The notes beneath the pieces were generated by a model, which saw only the letters and a list, made by a program, of their open reading frames with translations, was not told the DNA's origin and did no database searches. Below, in pieces: positions 49,280 to 57,863 of a stretch of DNA of 64,000 nt. Position numbers and translations under genes: made by a program. The stretch spans positions 64,001 to 128,000 of the forward strand of contig CAWGHO010000002.1 in NCBI GenBank assembly GCA_963822445.1, in the 5' to 3' direction. Each line of letters opens with the position of its first letter. Within the stretch, counting starts at the first letter, position 1. This stretch comes from an uncultured Acidobacteriota bacterium (GTDB taxonomy: Bacteria; Acidobacteriota; Thermoanaerobaculia; Gp7-AA8).

Positions 49280-52200
49280 TCAGTCGAACAGCTTTTCGGG
49301 AAGGACCACCCGCGGCAACTCCAGCGCGACGCGATACGACACCCTCGCGGGCGGCTTCTCATCGAACGTGATCCCCAGCGCCGACGGCGGAAGCGCGACG
49401 ATCTCGATCCGTTCCGGCGCAGGTCTCGGCGCCACGCGCTCATCGAGCGCCGCGAGTCCGCCGAGGTGCACCGGCGCCAATAAGCGCGTGTTGTCGAGAC
49501 CTTCAAGTGCAGCGATCAACGCGGTCCGGTCGCGCTCGGGCATCGGCGCGAAGGCGATGACAGGGAGCGGGACGGCATTGGTCGTGTGAATCACGCGCAG
49601 CTTTCCAGCGTGCTGCTGCAACAGCGGATTCGCTTCCGACACCAGCGCGGCCTCGGTCGTTCGGTAGAGCGCATTCACGACCGACGTCGCGTCGTCGGCG
49701 GTTCGCACGACCTTCGCGTCGCTTCCGCTGATGTCGCGCAAGCCTTCGGCGACGCTGATCGTGCGGCCGCGCAGATCCGCAAGCGACTGCACGTTGCTTC
49801 CCGCCGCAACGACGACCACCCGCCGATACGTCCGGCGATTCTCACGTGTGAACTGGAAACGCGGCCGGAGGTTGCTGGAACTGATGAAGTCGGAACTGGC
49901 GATCACCAGTCCGACGCGATTCGCGTTCGCGGCGATGAACGCGCGCGCATCATCTGCGCGCCTGAAGAACTCCGGACGCACGGCCACGCCTGCGGTCGTC
50001 GAAATCTGCGCGGCCAGCGCGGTGATCGTCTCGGCGAGCTTCTTCTCGTTTTCCGCCGGCGCATCGGGCATGAAGACCACCGCCGTCGGCCGCGGCTCGC
50101 TCGTCACCGGTTCCGCCTCGGGCTCCGGCGCAGGAGCACGCTCCGCCGCGAGCGCTTTGCGGATCTGATCCTCGTAACGACGCACGGCACTGTCTGCGAG
50201 TCCTGCCAGGCCCGCGGCGTCCGCCTTCGAAAACGATTCGCGCGCGTCCTCGAGTGAACCGGTCAACACGTCGAAGCTGCCGTTCAGGTAATGCGCAGCC
50301 GCACGCGCTCGCGAAGAAAGCGGAAGATCCATCGCCCGCTCGACGAGCTGCCGTCCGCGACGCACGGCCGACGAAGACACTTCGTCATTCGCGCGCGCGA
50401 GCCGCTCCACTTCCTCCGCGGCCTGCCCCAGCAACGCCACACCCAGGACCTGTTTCGCGCGATTGCAGATGTCCTCGGAACCACCGAACGACGCTTCGAG
50501 ACGTCCCGCGTTCATCACCGCTCCACCGCGTGGCTCGCACCGGCTAGCGCGATCGAGCAGCTCGGCGGCGCGATCGTATTTGCGCTCGGCCAGCGCGAGC
50601 TCGCCCGCGACAACGGCGACGTCGATCCACTCCGGATGCGCGGCTACGGCCGCGTTCACGTGCGCAAGCGCGTCCTTGTTGCGCCCGAGCTGCCACAACG
50701 CCAGACCGAGGTTGCCTCGCGTGAGCGGGTTCTGCGGAACCTGGCCGAGGATTCGCGCGGCGATGGCATGGCGTCCGGCGAGACCTTCGAGAACGCCCGC
50801 CAGCGCACCGGCCGGCTGATCGCGCTCCGCCTCGCCGGTCTTTCCTTCCGACGCGAGGAGCAGCGCGCGCACGGTTCTCAGACTGTTGAGCGTCTGCGCA
50901 TCCGCGGGCGGGTTCGTCGCAAGCAGTGCGTCGAGATGCAGGCGAGCTTCGGCGATCTCCCCCTGACGCATCAGCAGCATGACCAGGTTCGCGCGCAACG
51001 GCCAGAGCTCGCGACGAGCGGAATCGCGATTGAGAATTTCTTCGGAGAGCGCGCGCTCCTGCGCGATATCGCCATTCGCATGCGCGAGCAGGAACCGTTC
51101 GAAGACGAGCTGACGATCGGCGGGCGCAACCCGCGCCGCGATCTCGGCGATGCGCGCCGCATCGGCGGCGCGCCGATCCTGTCGATGGATGCGCAGCAAC
51201 TGCAGCAGCGAAGCGGTATCCGTCTCGCTGTAACGCACGGCTTCTTCGAACGCGAGCGCGGCCGCGGCGCGATCGCCACGCTGCAACTCGGCCCGTCCGA
51301 GAATCGGAAGCGCGATCGCGCGCACATCGGGGTCGTACCGCGGCACCCCTTCACGAAGCAGCCGCACCGCGCCCGCGGCATCGCCGCGCTTCAGGACGAT
51401 GTCGCCGAGGTGCACGTACGCGAGCGGCAACGCGGGATCGATTGCCAGTGCCCTTCGATACGCCTGCTCGGCCTCGCTTCCGCGATTGGCGTTGTAGTGA
51501 ATGAAGCCGAGGTTGTAGTGCAGCGATGCGTTCTTTGGATCGAGCCGCAGTGCCTTTTCATACGCCGCGGCGGCCATTGGCCATTGCTTCTGATTGATGT
51601 AGATCGCGCCGAGGTTCGCGTAGGCGCGGGCGTGGATCGGATCGACCTTTTCCTTCTTCGCGAACGACTGCTCGACAGGCGCCAGCGCGACTTCGTATGC
51701 CTTCAGGGCCTCGTCGAAGCGTCCCAGGTCGAACAGCACCGCGCCGAGGTTGTAGTAGGCGCGGAGGTTTTTTGCGTCCGCGTCGATGGCGTTCTGAAAC
51801 GCGGCGATCGCTTCGTCCTTGCGGCCAACGGCGTACAGGAGATTGCCGGCGCTGAAGTGATACCGCGATTCCTCAGGCTCGAGCTCGATCGCCTTCGCGA
51901 GCGCGACGAGCGCGTCGTCAGTGCGATTCAGCCCGCGAAGGATCGTGCCGCGCAGCGAGTGCAGCGCCGCGTCATCCGCCTTTTTCTCGATGGCCCGATC
52001 GACATACCCCAGCGCCTCGGCGGGCTTGCCGATCTGCTGCGCGACCGCGGCGGCGTTCGAGAGCAACGTGCGATCGGCGGGCACGTGCTCGACGCCCTTC
52101 ACGAAGACCGCGTAGGCCTCTTCGGATTTGCCACGCTCATGCAAGAGCGCGCCGAGGTTCACGTACGCGGAGGCGAGGTTCGGCGCGACTTCGAGGACGC

Positions 52201-52360
52201 GGCGGTACTTCTGAATCGCGTCATCGGCGCGGCCGGCCTCGCGTGCGCGGTCGGCTTCCTCCAGAAGACTGCGCGCGATCTCGGGCATCTCCTGCCCGCT
52301 CGATGATGCGGTCAGGAAGATGAGGATGATGAGAGCGAGAACGTGGAGGGTCGAGCGCAC
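49280..52360 (-). CDS. Secreted TPR-repeat protein with C-terminal PhnD/SsuA-type periplasmic binding domain
   Basis: Signal peptide, many TPRs (AYVNLG, AYYNLG, LHYNLG), Pro-rich linker, YRRVVVV...SLADLRGRTI PBP2 motif. Confidence 0.85.
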   Translation of the reverse strand: MRSTLHVLALIILIFLTASSSGQEMPEIARSLLEEADRAREAGRADDAIQKYRRVLEVAPNLASAYVNLGALLHERGKSEEAYAVFVKGVEHVPADRTLLSNAAAVAQQIGKPAEALGYVDRAIEKKADDAALHSLRGTILRGLNRTDDALVALAKAIELEPEESRYHFSAGNLLYAVGRKDEAIAAFQNAIDADAKNLRAYYNLGAVLFDLGRFDEALKAYEVALAPVEQSFAKKEKVDPIHARAYANLGAIYINQKQWPMAAAAYEKALRLDPKNASLHYNLGFIHYNANRGSEAEQAYRRALAIDPALPLAYVHLGDIVLKRGDAAGAVRLLREGVPRYDPDVRAIALPILGRAELQRGDRAAAALAFEEAVRYSETDTASLLQLLRIHRQDRRAADAARIAEIAARVAPADRQLVFERFLLAHANGDIAQERALSEEILNRDSARRELWPLRANLVMLLMRQGEIAEARLHLDALLATNPPADAQTLNSLRTVRALLLASEGKTGEAERDQPAGALAGVLEGLAGRHAIAARILGQVPQNPLTRGNLGLALWQLGRNKDALAHVNAAVAAHPEWIDVAVVAGELALAERKYDRAAELLDRASRCEPRGGAVMNAGRLEASFGGSEDICNRAKQVLGVALLGQAAEEVERLARANDEVSSSAVRRGRQLVERAMDLPLSSRARAAAHYLNGSFDVLTGSLEDARESFSKADAAGLAGLADSAVRRYEDQIRKALAAERAPAPEPEAEPVTSEPRPTAVVFMPDAPAENEKKLAETITALAAQISTTAGVAVRPEFFRRADDARAFIAANANRVGLVIASSDFISSSNLRPRFQFTRENRRTYRRVVVVAAGSNVQSLADLRGRTISVAEGLRDISGSDAKVVRTADDATSVVNALYRTTEAALVSEANPLLQQHAGKLRVIHTTNAVPLPVIAFAPMPERDRTALIAALEGLDNTRLLAPVHLGGLAALDERVAPRPAPERIEIVALPPSALGITFDEKPPARVSYRVALELPRVVLPEKLFD

Positions 52361-52366
52361 CGAGGC

Positions 52367-54406
52367 TCAGAAGTCTACTTCGAGCTGCGCGAAGAATTCA
52401 CGTCCCGGACGGGTCATATCAACGCCGATCAGCGTTTCCTTCGGCTGCTCGTCGAGAAGGTTGTTTCCGAAGAAGCTCAGGCGCACGGGACGGTCCTTCG
52501 CGCCGAGGGAGAACGGAAGCTCGTAACTGACGCGCGCGTTCACGAACGTGTAGCCGTCGAGCGGCCCGTACTCGAGACCGTTGAGGCCGTAGTAGAAGTG
52601 CGGCCCGAAATACGAATCGCGCCACGACAGCTCGACAGCGCCGCGCACCCCCGCGACCGGTCCGCCGTACGCGCCGATGTTGATCTTGTTCTGCGGCGCG
52701 TACACGAATTCGGTCTGCGTCTCGTCGCCGTCCTGCGTCTGATACGCGTAGTTGGCGAAGCCGGTAATGCTGCGCGCGAAGTTGGCCCGCAACTCCACTT
52801 CCCCACCCCGAATCGTCGCCTCGGCAGGCGCATTCATGAACTGCAGGCCGGACGGTACCGGGGGCGGATTCTCCACAATGCCGATGACCATGAAGTTCTT
52901 CACGCGCGAGTTGTACAGGTCGACTTTCGCCGAGACCGTGGGTGAGATCTGATATTCGCCGCCCGCTTCGAACGTGCGGATCTCCTCCGGCTGCAGGCCG
53001 GGATTGGGGATGAAGCTGGCCAGCGGAATCGGGCCGAAGGGCGTCGTCAGCGTGAGGAATCCCGTTTCCTGAAAGAGCTCGCTGAACGTCGGGAAGCGGA
53101 ACGCGGTGCTGTAGCCGCCGCGCACCACCAGCTTGTCATTGGGCGTGTAAACGAGTGCGGCGCGCGGCGACGTCTTCGAATCGAAGATGTCGGTCTTCGC
53201 GTCATAACGAAGTCCGACCACGGCGCGCAAACGCTCGCTGCCGACGTTGAACTGATCCTGAACGTAGTAGGCCAGCTTGTCGTAGCCGGTGACGAGATCG
53301 CCGCCCTGGGAGAGCTCGTGCGAGTGATCGGCGCGATCGAGCCGGCGCGCTTCGAGTCCGACCAGCAGGTCGTGGCCCGGAATCATGTTCAGGCCCGCGC
53401 GGAAATCGCCGATGGCCTGATAGCCGTGATCGGCTTCGTGCTCGAACTCCGGTTTCTCCGGCGCGGCATGACATCCGGCGCAGTGCATGCCCTTTCGGTG
53501 AACCCACGATAAGTCGGCAGAGAAAGTGATCGGCGCCTGCTCGCGAGCGCGTTGGTACTTGAGCGTCACCATCTCCAGAGTCTGGGTGAGCTCGTGCGCG
53601 GAGGTGAAGCTCGAGCCGGGAGGCAGGCCGGGAATCGGGAACGCCTCGCTGAAGCCGCCCAGCTCGTCGTCATGACGGTAGACGGAGAGCTGGAAATCCT
53701 TGAACGTGCCTTTGGCGAAGATCTCCGTCGCCTTGTACTTCGATTCGTTTTCCAGCCAGAACTCGGCCGGAAACGCGCTGCGGGTCAGCTGCACTGACCC
53801 GAGGATCGAGCCCCAGTCGAGACGGAGGCCGTATTGCGCGGAGACCGTTGCCGTATCGCGGCTGCCGCCGAACAGCTCGACGTTGCCGCCGGCGAGATCG
53901 TCACCCGACAAAGTGACGATGTTGATCACGCCCCAGTAGGCGTTCTCGCCGTACAGCGAGGATCCGGGACCGCGAACGATCTCGATCCGCTTGATGTTCT
54001 GGATGGGAAAGAAGTCGTAGGAGGGACTGAGCGGCAGGCCGCCGGTGTCGCCGGAGTTCATCGGCGTGCCGTCGATGAGCAGGAGGATGCGATTGGAAAA
54101 CGGGTTCTGGCCGAAGCCGCGAACGTCGACGGTGGGGCCCATCGGATTCCAGCGCACGTTCACGCCGCCGACGAGCCGCAGCAGGTCGGGAACGGTCCGC
54201 GCGCCCGATTCGCTGATCTGCTTCGCGGTGATCACCGTGACCGCGCTGGGTGCCTTCGAGATGGAGATCTCGGTCTTCGTCGCCGCCTGAACCTTCAGCT
54301 GCTCTTCGCCGAAGAGGGTGACTTCACCGATCTGACCGGATGGCGCAACCTGCGCGGATGTGGAAAACGTGAACGCGGCCAACAGAATCGCGGCGGTAAT
54401 GCGCAT
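52367..54406 (-). CDS. TonB-dependent receptor with a CxxCH motif in the barrel region
   Basis: APSAVTVIT, RILLLIDG, IKRIEIVRGPGSSLYG, GVINIVT plug; SPRAAL, AFRFP, LQPEE; terminal Phe; MHCAGCH. Confidence 0.92.
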   Translation of the reverse strand: MRITAAILLAAFTFSTSAQVAPSGQIGEVTLFGEEQLKVQAATKTEISISKAPSAVTVITAKQISESGARTVPDLLRLVGGVNVRWNPMGPTVDVRGFGQNPFSNRILLLIDGTPMNSGDTGGLPLSPSYDFFPIQNIKRIEIVRGPGSSLYGENAYWGVINIVTLSGDDLAGGNVELFGGSRDTATVSAQYGLRLDWGSILGSVQLTRSAFPAEFWLENESKYKATEIFAKGTFKDFQLSVYRHDDELGGFSEAFPIPGLPPGSSFTSAHELTQTLEMVTLKYQRAREQAPITFSADLSWVHRKGMHCAGCHAAPEKPEFEHEADHGYQAIGDFRAGLNMIPGHDLLVGLEARRLDRADHSHELSQGGDLVTGYDKLAYYVQDQFNVGSERLRAVVGLRYDAKTDIFDSKTSPRAALVYTPNDKLVVRGGYSTAFRFPTFSELFQETGFLTLTTPFGPIPLASFIPNPGLQPEEIRTFEAGGEYQISPTVSAKVDLYNSRVKNFMVIGIVENPPPVPSGLQFMNAPAEATIRGGEVELRANFARSITGFANYAYQTQDGDETQTEFVYAPQNKINIGAYGGPVAGVRGAVELSWRDSYFGPHFYYGLNGLEYGPLDGYTFVNARVSYELPFSLGAKDRPVRLSFFGNNLLDEQPKETLIGVDMTRPGREFFAQLEVDF

Positions 54407-54415
54407 GCGCTGAGT

Positions 54416-55918
54416 TTACCAATCCGTCGGCTTGTAATCCTTGAGGAACTGCCCCCACATGTGCCGCCCGGTGTTGATGCCGTCGATGATGGGATCGACG
54501 ATGCGCGCGGCGCCGTCGACGATGTCGAGGGGCGGGTGGAAGCGGTGCTCGATGATCTTGCGCGCGGCGATGGCGGCCGGATCTTCATCGGTCACCCAGC
54601 CGGTATCGACGCTGTTCATGTGGATGCCGTCGGCGGCGTAGTCGGCGGCCGAGGTGCGGGTCATCATGTTCAGCGCGGCCTTGGCCATGTTCGTGTGCGG
54701 ATGACGCGTGGTTTTGCTGGTCCGGTAGAACTGCCCTTCCACCGCCGAGACGTTGACGATGTGCTTGTCGCGATTCTGCGTGCGCAACATGAGCGGCTTG
54801 AGTCGGGCGTTGATGATGAACGGCGCGACGGCGTTGACCAGCTGCACTTCCAGCAGTTCGACCGAGGACACTTCGTGGAGGAGCAGGCGCCAGGAGTTGC
54901 GGCCACGGAGATCGACCTGCTGCAGATCCTGATCGAGCCGCCCCTGCGGGAACAGCTCACTGTCCCGCACATGATCCTCGGGTAAGAGCGCGAGCTGCGA
55001 CATTTCCGCGGAAATCGCCGGCGCGCCTCCCTCGCCGAGCATGTGATAGCCGCGCAGTCCGGTGAAGCTTCCGACCAGCTTGCGCTCGTGCTCGGCCATC
55101 GTCTGCAGGGCGGTGGTCTCCCCTTCCATCATGTGCTCGTAGAACGCGGGCGGGCGGCGGACGGTCTGGCAGGCGTTGTTGATGATGAAGTCGAGACGGT
55201 CTTTCGTCGCGAGCATCTGCGCGCAGAAGGCCTCGACGCTCGGCGTGTGACGGAGGTCGAGGCCGTAAATCTCGAGCCGGTGCGACCACTCCGCAAAGTC
55301 CGGCTCAGCGGCGTAGCGCGCCGCCGAGTCTCGCGGAAAGCGCGTGGTGACGATGAGATGAGCGCCCGCGCGCAGGAGCTTGAGTCCGGCCTGATATCCG
55401 ATCTTCACCCGCCCGCCGGTCAGCAGCGCGACGCGTCCCGTGAGATCGGCGAGCTCGGTGCGCTTCATGAAGTTGAAGGCCGCGCACTCGGGACACATCT
55501 GGTCGTAGAAATGATGGACGGTCTGGTACTGCTCCTTGCAGACGTAGCAGTGGCGAGATTCGGCCGTCATCGGCGGCGCTTCCGCCACCGGTTCGCGAGC
55601 AGCCGCATTCAGAAAGTAGTTCGGCGTGTTGAAGACCGGCTTGCGCCGCAGCTCGCGAATGCCTGTCGACGTGAGCACGCTCTCGTCCTGCTGGGCGATG
55701 GCAGCCTTCCGCAGTCGCCGCGTGGCTTTCACCAGGCGCCGTCTCGAGCGAGGATCGGGATCGGAGACGACGCGCGTCGCGCGAAGCAACCGCTCGCGGT
55801 CTTCCGGCGTCAGCTCGGCCAGCAGGCCGCGATCGGCATCGATGGCCTCGAGGAATTCGGTAGCGGCGATTGCTCGCTCGCGGTTGGATGTCTCATTGTC
55901 GATTGCGCTCTTCGTCAT
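54416..55918 (-). CDS. SDR family oxidoreductase with N-terminal Zn-finger region
   Basis: CYVC...CPEC; LLTGGRVKIG, INNACQT, HTNMAKA, VDTGWVTDE. Confidence 0.88.
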   Translation of the reverse strand: MTKSAIDNETSNRERAIAATEFLEAIDADRGLLAELTPEDRERLLRATRVVSDPDPRSRRRLVKATRRLRKAAIAQQDESVLTSTGIRELRRKPVFNTPNYFLNAAAREPVAEAPPMTAESRHCYVCKEQYQTVHHFYDQMCPECAAFNFMKRTELADLTGRVALLTGGRVKIGYQAGLKLLRAGAHLIVTTRFPRDSAARYAAEPDFAEWSHRLEIYGLDLRHTPSVEAFCAQMLATKDRLDFIINNACQTVRRPPAFYEHMMEGETTALQTMAEHERKLVGSFTGLRGYHMLGEGGAPAISAEMSQLALLPEDHVRDSELFPQGRLDQDLQQVDLRGRNSWRLLLHEVSSVELLEVQLVNAVAPFIINARLKPLMLRTQNRDKHIVNVSAVEGQFYRTSKTTRHPHTNMAKAALNMMTRTSAADYAADGIHMNSVDTGWVTDEDPAAIAARKIIEHRFHPPLDIVDGAARIVDPIIDGINTGRHMWGQFLKDYKPTDW

Positions 55919-56024
55919 GGTTCCACGCGGTAACACCAGGAACAGTCATGGTAGTCCTTGTCGGCAGGTGAAGGTCAGCAGGCGATCACGTCGGAGGGAC
56001 CTCGTTGAACGGATCTTTTCGGAG

Positions 56025-56053
56025 TTGACTCAGTACAAGCGGCTATGCATAAT
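56025..56053 (+). promoter_or_regulatory. Sigma70-type promoter of the Cys-rich protein gene
   Basis: TTGACT-17 nt-CATAAT. Confidence 0.6.
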
Positions 56054-56119
56054 CCGCGAACTTTTTCCCCCACAACCCTACTTACCTCCCGCAAAAATTT
56101 TCAAGAGGAGAAGATCTGG

Positions 56120-56989
56120 ATGCAGTCTCGTGTGAGATGTGTGCTCGCAGTGGCTTCACTATTTATTGCGTTGAGTACCCTGGCGAATACCGACGTAGCC
56201 GACAGAGCCCGTGAAAAACGCACGGCCTCACTTGCCGGCAAGGGTTCGCTCGCAGTATCCGAAGCTCTCGGAGACCTCGGAATTCGCGGCATGTCATTGT
56301 CGGCAGCCGAGAACCGCCCCGTCATTACTCTTCAGGACCACGACGGATTGATCGTCGGCAACGTCACCATCGTGCGCACGTCAGGCGCGGACATCGACGT
56401 CACGTTCGAATCCGACTATGCCGACAGGTTCTCGCTTCGCTGGCACCCGTCCAGCGGCGCGTTGTACCTCGACACGGCGGGCGAAACGTTCCGGATCGAC
56501 GCCGACTTCGAGCAGAAGACGTCGCGTTACTCTGACGGTGCAAAGGCGGCTTTCGACAGCCGTGCGACGGAAATCGCATTAATTGCGGAGTCGATTGCGG
56601 AATTGAAACGACATGGCATTTTCGAGGAAGTAACGCGTGAGGTTGCTCAGACCGCGCGCAAGATCGGCAGTAACAACACTTGTTACAACTGCGAGCAGCC
56701 CGAGGATCCGGACGTCGATTGGTGGACCGGCGGCGGCTCGACGAGTGGTAGTGGCGGCGGGGGGTACTACAAGCCGGCGTGCAACGGACCTACTGTCGTT
56801 GGATTTGCGTATGCCGAGGTGACCAAATCCGTCATTTGCGAACTGGCCACGCGAGATGCGAACCTCAAATGCTGGAATCACTACTGCACGGGCTGCTGCC
56901 GTTTTCTGTCGTGCGACGCCTATTGTCAGTATGGAGACTATATGTGCGTGATGGGATCGATCTACGGCCAATCCTGTTCCTACAGATGA
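56120..56989 (+). CDS. Secreted hypothetical protein with a Cys-rich C-terminal domain
   Basis: GAGGAG SD, signal peptide, CYNC, Gly/Ser linker, 10 Cys in the last ~67 aa; has its own promoter and terminator. Confidence 0.75.
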   Translation: MQSRVRCVLAVASLFIALSTLANTDVADRAREKRTASLAGKGSLAVSEALGDLGIRGMSLSAAENRPVITLQDHDGLIVGNVTIVRTSGADIDVTFESDYADRFSLRWHPSSGALYLDTAGETFRIDADFEQKTSRYSDGAKAAFDSRATEIALIAESIAELKRHGIFEEVTREVAQTARKIGSNNTCYNCEQPEDPDVDWWTGGGSTSGSGGGGYYKPACNGPTVVGFAYAEVTKSVICELATRDANLKCWNHYCTGCCRFLSCDAYCQYGDYMCVMGSIYGQSCSYR

Positions 56990-57024
56990 TGCTTCCGGGG
57001 AGAAAGCAGCAAACTCGTTAATGT

Positions 57025-57059
57025 AGCGTGGTGCAGCGCGGGGCTGCACCACGCTTTTT
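57025..57059 (+). terminator. Rho-independent terminator
   Basis: AGCGTGGTGCAGC-gcgg-GCTGCACCACGCT-TTTT. Confidence 0.85.
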
Positions 57060-57122
57060 CGTTGAGGTCGGTGGTTCCGGCCGCTACATGATTCGGTCCG
57101 AAACGTGAAGGCACCGATAGAC

Positions 57123-57863
57123 ATGACCGGGAAGACCAGCCTCGCCGCCACCGGCATCATGTTCATAGCCGCGCTTGCCAGCGCCGCCGACCCATTCGCT
57201 CCGGCGCGGGCGCGCATGATCGACGAGATCGCCGAGGACGTGCGGATGACTCGGCGGGAGATCGGGCGTACCACGCTCGATGTCCGGGTCATCAACGCCA
57301 TCCGCGCCGTCCCGCGACATCTCTTCGTTCCGGCGAACCTGCGCGACGTGGCCTACGAGAACCGGCCGCTTCCGATCGGGCACGGCCAGACCATTTCCCA
57401 GCCGTACATCGTGGCGATCATGACCGAGCTGCTGGGCGTCGACCGCAATGACGTCGTGCTCGAGGTCGGAACCGGGTCGGGCTATCAGGCGGCCGTGCTC
57501 TCGCCGCTCGTGAAACAGGTGTACACCGTCGAGATCGTGGCGCCGCTCGCGAAGCAGGCCACGGAACGGCTCGAGTCACTCGGCTATCGCAACGTCACCG
57601 TCCGTCACGCCGACGGATACAACGGCTGGAAGGAAGCCGCGCCGTTCGACGCGATCATCGTCACCGCGGCCGCGACGCACATTCCGCCGCCGCTCATTCA
57701 GCAACTGAAGCCGGGCGGGCGGATGGTCATCCCCGTCGGCGGCCCGTTTTCCACGCAGTCGTTGATGGTCGTCGACAAGACTGCCGGCGGAAAGGTGCGC
57801 ACCCGGCAGGTGTTGCCGGTGATGTTCGTACCGCTGACCAGGCCGGAGGCGAGTGCGCGATAG
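57123..57863 (+). CDS. pcm: Protein-L-isoaspartate(D-aspartate) O-methyltransferase
   Basis: VPRHLF, LPIGHGQTISQP, LEVGTGSGYQAA, APFDAIIVTAA, QLKPGGRMVIPVG, FVPL. Confidence 0.94.
   Translation: MTGKTSLAATGIMFIAALASAADPFAPARARMIDEIAEDVRMTRREIGRTTLDVRVINAIRAVPRHLFVPANLRDVAYENRPLPIGHGQTISQPYIVAIMTELLGVDRNDVVLEVGTGSGYQAAVLSPLVKQVYTVEIVAPLAKQATERLESLGYRNVTVRHADGYNGWKEAAPFDAIIVTAAATHIPPPLIQQLKPGGRMVIPVGGPFSTQSLMVVDKTAGGKVRTRQVLPVMFVPLTRPEASAR

Noticed and set aside
56120-57863. Cys-rich protein + pcm as a PIMT-modified RiPP cluster
   Set aside because: A strong terminator separates them, Pcm looks like the canonical repair type without the C-terminal extension of RiPP aspartimide-forming enzymes, and there is no lanthipeptide, lasso or graspetide synthetase.
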